Sequence record: SRR31156797_9317
DNA: 32,823 bases
Direction: 5' to 3' (one strand)
Part shown: positions 28,124 to 32,823 of the stretch, in pieces
Position numbering within the stretch: the first letter of the stretch is position 1
How the letters are laid out: each line of letters opens with the position of its first letter
Notes under the pieces: generated by a model
Told to the model about the DNA's origin: nothing
Database searches by the model: none
What the model saw: the letters and a program-made list of their open reading frames with translations, nothing else
Program-made: the position numbers and the translations under genes

Positions 28124-28558
28124 TTAACTATGATCGGCTTCACCGAACTTTTCAACCAGAAGTTTGTCTTTCACCTTCATTCCTATGGCAAGAAAAAGCG
28201 TGGCTATTATCCCGAGTGTGATGGAGGCACCCGATTGTAACTTGAAAATGATGCCCAGATTGAACAGGATATAAGCCAGGTATTGGGGGTGTTTTACAAA
28301 TCTGTAAATTCCGGATGTTACCCGCCGGGTGGTGTCCATATAATTGTTTCCGGGTTGCACTCCGCCTCGTTTTTTAAGCGCAACAAGTGCACTTACCCAA
28401 AGAAATACTGAAACCAGCCATAGAAAAATACTCAGGTAAATAGCCTGAGGAAAAATGCGAACAGAATTTGAGAAAACCATGAAAAAAATATGGATTCCTG
28501 TGAGTAACATTCCAACATTCAGATAACTGAATAAAGTATATTTATGATTTGGTTTCAT
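28124..28558 (-). CDS. Isoprenylcysteine carboxyl methyltransferase/PEMT-family membrane protein, possibly C-terminally truncated
   Basis: VTSGIYRFVKHPQY motif; ATG overlaps the upstream stop (TAATG at 28560-28556); ends at KFGEADHS. Confidence 0.7.
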   Translation of the reverse strand: MKPNHKYTLFSYLNVGMLLTGIHIFFMVFSNSVRIFPQAIYLSIFLWLVSVFLWVSALVALKKRGGVQPGNNYMDTTRRVTSGIYRFVKHPQYLAYILFNLGIIFKLQSGASITLGIIATLFLAIGMKVKDKLLVEKFGEADHS

Positions 28559-29478
28559 TAATACCTGATTTCGGTTTTTTTGTGCTTCTGCCATGCAGGC
28601 AATACCAATTGGTCGTCGTGCCAGGCATTTTTCAATAGAAACAAAGCAATCACCAATCCAAAGATAACAGTAATTGGCGAGGCCTCAATGCCAAATTCAC
28701 CGCCGGTTATCCATGCTGGACCTGATAGTTCAGCTGTAATTAATCCAGGGAAATCTATCCCTGAAGCCGGTAGTCCAAACACCGATGCCTGCATGAAATT
28801 CCATGTGAAATGGATGCCTAAAATCATCCAGATGCGACGTGTAAATATAAATGCCATGCTGAGCAATACGCCTGCTTCGATGGCTATTGCTATGGCTGAC
28901 CACAAGTTGGCATGATCGTTGAGCAGGTGTGCTGCTCCAAAAAACATTGCGCTGATGAAGATGGAAATCCAACTTCCCAAATATTCTTCAAGTAGTTTAA
29001 ATACAATCAACCTGAAAATCACTTCCTCGAAAAAAGCACCATAGCCAAAAACAATAAAGCCATGAAATAATTCTTCCGCAGGGTTGAACGATTGGATATT
29101 ATAAAATCCGGCTAGTGCCATGATCAATATTACAACTCCGATGAGTGTGCTGCCAATCAGAACTCCTCCTGTTAGCTCGGTAATTACCGAAGATCGCGAA
29201 AATTCATAAACCGGTCGTTGCTCAACATTCCGGATCAGCAGCATATATGTGGCTGCTATAAGCAGGGTAAGTATAAGGTGTACAAGCAATTCACCCGGAA
29301 TAGATTGATCATTGAAGTATGCTGAAATGTTAGGAAGAAGAAATTGGCCGGCAGCAAATAATAAGAGTGAGATTACAACAAGATACCCAAAAAGTCTGGC
29401 AAACGGGTTGAGCATCCAGCCAGGGATATTCCGGCAATCTTCCTTGTTGGGAATAAGTTTTGAAACATTAACAATCAC
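28558..29478 (-). CDS. CPBP (CAAX/Abi, Rce1-like) intramembrane metalloprotease
   Basis: EEVIFR, FGAAH and HFTWN motifs, plus GGEFGIEAS. Confidence 0.9.
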   Translation of the reverse strand: MIVNVSKLIPNKEDCRNIPGWMLNPFARLFGYLVVISLLLFAAGQFLLPNISAYFNDQSIPGELLVHLILTLLIAATYMLLIRNVEQRPVYEFSRSSVITELTGGVLIGSTLIGVVILIMALAGFYNIQSFNPAEELFHGFIVFGYGAFFEEVIFRLIVFKLLEEYLGSWISIFISAMFFGAAHLLNDHANLWSAIAIAIEAGVLLSMAFIFTRRIWMILGIHFTWNFMQASVFGLPASGIDFPGLITAELSGPAWITGGEFGIEASPITVIFGLVIALFLLKNAWHDDQLVLPAWQKHKKTEIRY

Positions 29479-29503
29479 AACCAGAAAAATATTTGGGCAA
29501 TAA

Positions 29504-29779
29504 TTATTGTGGCTTATGGTCAGCTACTTTCTTTCTGAAAGTCAGCGGAATACCTTCATCGTTGGGAGCCCCGATTTCCATCAGTTCCCAGTCCTTGTCG
29601 TATTCAGCAATTTTATGCTTGATAACCTGTACTTTATCATTGGGAGGTACCCCGGAACCTTCCCAGTCGATTAGTTCTACACGGTATTGCATGGTTTTTT
29701 TGCGGCCATTTATACTTACCTCAATTTCAACATTTTGTTCCGGTTCGATATCTGGTATCAGGATGACTATTTCTCTCAT
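29504..29779 (-). CDS. Small acidic hypothetical protein (91 aa)
   Basis: ATG-initiated ORF in line with neighbouring genes, directly downstream of a sigma54-type promoter. Confidence 0.7.
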   Translation of the reverse strand: MREIVILIPDIEPEQNVEIEVSINGRKKTMQYRVELIDWEGSGVPPNDKVQVIKHKIAEYDKDWELMEIGAPNDEGIPLTFRKKVADHKPQ

Positions 29780-29820
29780 TTTTCTATCCGTTTAAGTTTG
29801 ACAATCCGTACAAAAAGTTG

Positions 29821-29938
29821 TCATGAATTATGCCAAATCATGTAAAATATTAAAATTGAGTATTTTGAGTTGTGCTCTGCTATTGTAAAACAGGGGGGGG
29901 TGTTCGGAAATAAAAAATTATATGTTCAAATACGCACA
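29821..29938 (-). promoter_or_regulatory. Sigma54-type promoter with tandem activator boxes (copy 3)
   Basis: Minus TTGGCATAATTCATGA (29836-29821); boxes TGTTCGGAAATAAAAA (29901-29916) and TGTTCAAATACGCACA (29923-29938). Confidence 0.7.
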
Positions 29939-29953
29939 CATGTTGTATGGGAT

Positions 29954-29991
29954 AAAAAAAATCCGGAAGTGGTTTTACATCACTTCCGGAT
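29954..29991 (-). terminator. Intrinsic terminator of secA
   Basis: 11-bp perfect stem ATCCGGAAGTG / CACTTCCGGAT with a T tract on the minus strand, about 40 bp after the secA stop. Confidence 0.88.
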
Positions 29992-30032
29992 ACATTAAAT
30001 GTGTTTTTATGAGACAATTTTGCCGGTAGGGT

Positions 30033-32823
30033 TTACTTTCCCTTCCCGTGGCATTGTTTGTATTTTTTGCCGCTTCCACAAGGGCACGGGTCGTTACGCC
30101 CTACTTTCTTTTCAACTTTAACGGGTTGCGGCTTCTGCTTTTGCTGAGTATTGCTGTGCGACTGCGACAGCAAATCATCCCGACTTTCCTGGAGTCTCCT
30201 CCGGTCGGCACGTTTAGGCATTTGCGCTTCCCGAACATTGCTTGGATCCTGCAACGGAAGGTTAGCTTTGAGCAGGAATGAAGTTATATCTCGATTGGTT
30301 CTTTGAACCATTGCCTTAAACAAATTAAAGGATTCGAGTTTGTAAATCAGCAGCGGGTCCTTTTGTTCGTAGGATGCGTTCTGGGACGACTGTTTCAGGT
30401 CGTCCATCTCACGCAGGTGTTCCTTCCAGGCTTCATCAATCATCGATAAGGTCACGCTTTTCTCGATAGCCAGTGTAATTTCACGACCACCATTTTCATA
30501 GGCTTTTTTCAGGTTGGCCACAGCCTGGCGTTGCCTTCTTCCATCTGTGATAGGAATGGCAATATTTTCGTATCCGGTTTCTTTTTCAAACACATCCTGG
30601 ATCACGGGGTAGGCTTTCTCCGCAATCAATTTCATTTTTGCCCTGTAGGCATCATAAACATGACTGAAGAGTTTTTCGATGGTTTCATCTTTTGAACCGT
30701 GCAGGAATTCGTCTTCGGTGATGTTGATATTTACAGCCATATCCTTGAGTACCTCAAGCCTGAATCCTTCAAAATCTCCGGTTTCGGTGTAATCAAGTGT
30801 AATTTGCTCGCACAAATCAAACATCATATTCGACAGGTCCACAGCAAGCCGCTCACCATACAAAGCATGGCGGCGTTTTTTGTAGATCACCTCACGCTGG
30901 GAGTTCATCACATCATCGTATTCGAGCAATCGTTTACGAATACCAAAGTTGTTTTCCTCCACTTTTTTCTGGGCCCTTTCGATGGATTTGGAGATCATGG
31001 AGTGCTGGATCACTTCGCCATCCTCAATACCCATGCGGTCCATTATTTTTGAAATCCGTTCCGACCCGAACATACGCATCAGGTCATCTTCGAGCGACAC
31101 GAAAAACTGGGAGCTTCCCGGGTCACCCTGACGGCCGGCACGTCCACGCAACTGGCGGTCAACACGTCTGGATTCGTGACGTTCTGTACCAATAATTGCC
31201 AATCCACCAGCTTCTTTCACACCGGTGCCGAGTTTAATGTCCGTACCACGGCCAGCCATGTTGGTGGCAATTGTAACCTTACCGGGATGTCCGGCTTCAG
31301 CAACTATATCGGCTTCCTTCTGGTGAAGCTTGGCGTTGAGAATGTTGTGCGGAATTTTTTTGCGGTTCAACAGCTTGCTGAGCAACTCGGACGTTTCAAC
31401 GGAGGTAGTACCCACCAGTACAGGCCTTTTATTTTCTACCAGCTCAACAATTTCATCAATTACTGCATTGAATTTTTCGCGCTTGGTTTTGTAAACCAGG
31501 TCTTCCCTGTCATCACGTGCAATTGGCCTGTTTGTAGGGATCACCACCACATCCAGTTTGTAGATATCCCAAAGCTCACCTGCCTCTGTTTCAGCAGTAC
31601 CAGTCATACCAGCCAGCTTTTTATACATCCTGAAATAATTCTGCAGGGTGATGGTGGCGTAAGTTTGCGTGGCAGCTTCGATCTTAACATTTTCTTTGGC
31701 TTCAAGTGCCTGGTGCAAACCATCGGAATAACGGCGGCCTTCCATGATACGGCCCGTTTGTTCGTCCACAATTTTTACTTTGTTGTCCATGATCACATAT
31801 TCCACATCCTTTTCGAACATGGAATAGGCACGAACCAGCTGGTTAACAGTGTGCACACGCTCTGATTTTATGGAGAAATCTGTTGTCAACTCACTTTTTT
31901 TCTGGGCTTTTTCCTCATCTGATAAGTCCATATTGTCGAGGTCAGCCAATTCGGCGCCCAGGTCGGGTAGAATAAAAAAGTTGTTGTCGTTGTATGACTC
32001 GCTTAACAGATCGATTCCTTTGTCGGTAAGTTCAATGGAGCTGTTTTTTTCATCAATAACAAAATACAATGGATCGTCGATGATATGCATGTGCTTGCTT
32101 TGCTCCTGCATGTAAAATCCTTCAGTTTTTGACATCAGGGTGCGCATACCCGATTCGCTGAGGAATTTAATGAGGGCTTTGTTTTTTGGCAGTCCGTGGT
32201 GTGCCCTTACAAGGAGTTCACCACCTTTTTTCTGGTTCTCATCACTTACATCATCACCTGATAAGAGTTGCTTTGCTTCAGCAAGGATTTTTGTTACCAG
32301 GTTTCGCTGGGCGGAATATAGCTTCTGAACATTTGACTTCAGTTCATCAAACAACTGGTTTTCGCCTTTGGGAGTAGGACCGGAGATAATGAGTGGAGTA
32401 CGGGCATCATCAATCAGTACGGAGTCAACCTCATCCACGATGGTATAGTTATGTGGGCGTTGTACCAATTCCTCCGGATTTCCTGTCATATTGTCGCGCA
32501 GGTAATCAAAACCGAATTCGTTGTTGGTACCATAAGTGATATCGCAGTTGTATGCTGCCCGTCTTTCCTCGGAGTTGGGCTGATGTTTATCCACACAATC
32601 AACGGTAAGTCCGTGGAACATAAAAAGCATGCCCATCCACTCGGAGTCACGCTTGGCGAGGTAGTCGTTCACTGTAACCACATGCACCCCTTTTCCGGGC
32701 AGTGCGTTAAGGTAAACCGGTAATGTAGCAACGAGGGTTTTACCCTCACCGGTTGCCATCTCTGCAATTTTACCCTGGTGTAGTACAGCACCCCCGATAA
32801 GCTGAACATCGTAATGCACCATG
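30033..32823 (-). CDS. secA: Preprotein translocase ATPase SecA (5' part lies outside the window)
   Basis: [40 protein letters not shown] motif [13 protein letters not shown]. Confidence 0.98.
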   Translation of the reverse strand, partial: MVHYDVQLIGGAVLHQGKIAEMATGEGKTLVATLPVYLNALPGKGVHVVTVNDYLAKRDSEWMGMLFMFHGLTVDCVDKHQPNSEERRAAYNCDITYGTNNEFGFDYLRDNMTGNPEELVQRPHNYTIVDEVDSVLIDDARTPLIISGPTPKGENQLFDELKSNVQKLYSAQRNLVTKILAEAKQLLSGDDVSDENQKKGGELLVRAHHGLPKNKALIKFLSESGMRTLMSKTEGFYMQEQSKHMHIIDDPLYFVIDEKNSSIELTDKGIDLLSESYNDNNFFILPDLGAELADLDNMDLSDEEKAQKKSELTTDFSIKSERVHTVNQLVRAYSMFEKDVEYVIMDNKVKIVDEQTGRIMEGRRYSDGLHQALEAKENVKIEAATQTYATITLQNYFRMYKKLAGMTGTAETEAGELWDIYKLDVVVIPTNRPIARDDREDLVYKTKREKFNAVIDEIVELVENKRPVLVGTTSVETSELLSKLLNRKKIPHNILNAKLHQKEADIVAEAGHPGKVTIATNMAGRGTDIKLGTGVKEAGGLAIIGTERHESRRVDRQLRGRAGRQGDPGSSQFFVSLEDDLMRMFGSERISKIMDRMGIEDGEVIQHSMISKSIERAQKKVEENNFGIRKRLLEYDDVMNSQREVIYKKRRHALYGERLAVDLSNMMFDLCEQITLDYTETGDFEGFRLEVLKDMAVNINITEDEFLHGSKDETIEKLFSHVYDAYRAKMKLIAEKAYPVIQDVFEKETGYENIAIPITDGRRQRQAVANLKKAYENGGREITLAIEKSVTLSMIDEAWKEHLREMDDLKQSSQNASYEQKDPLLIYKLESFNLFKAMVQRTNRDITSFLLKANLPLQDPSNVREAQMPKRADRRRLQESRDDLLSQSHSNTQQKQKPQPVKVEKKVGRNDPCPCGSGKKYKQCHGKGK

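Noticed and set aside
31176-31865. 229-aa plus-strand ORF
   Set aside because: Antisense shadow of secA
1-32823. CRISPR arrays, tRNA/rRNA genes, transposases, integrases
   Set aside because: None seen; intergenic gaps are short and no ORF has such motifs

Overview
This window looks like Bacteroidota, probably Bacteroidales (TAnnTTTG promoters, Gln-start mature proteins, MacB-type permease paralogues). It starts in a poly-C run that is probably an artefact and ends inside secA. The contents, in order: (1) an extended arsenic-resistance operon (acr3 to arsC) containing several uncharacterised Cys-motif envelope proteins; (2) an M14 carboxypeptidase; (3) an RND efflux operon (MFP, RND permease, TolC); (4) a MacB-like ABC system and a TfoX-like gene; (5) a four-gene plus-strand cassette of membrane hybrid kinase, receiver-kinase, response regulator and PhcB-like SAM methyltransferase; (6) a second MacB-like permease, a GT-C glycosyltransferase, an NTF2-like protein, a CPBP protease and ICMT pair, a small hypothetical gene and secA. 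The four-gene cassette resembles the Ralstonia phcBSRQ methyl-ester quorum-sensing locus and is the top candidate for an undescribed system. Three intergenic regions share a near-identical sigma54-type promoter with tandem TGT-N10-ACA-like boxes at fixed spacing. All family assignments come from motif recognition, not database searches.
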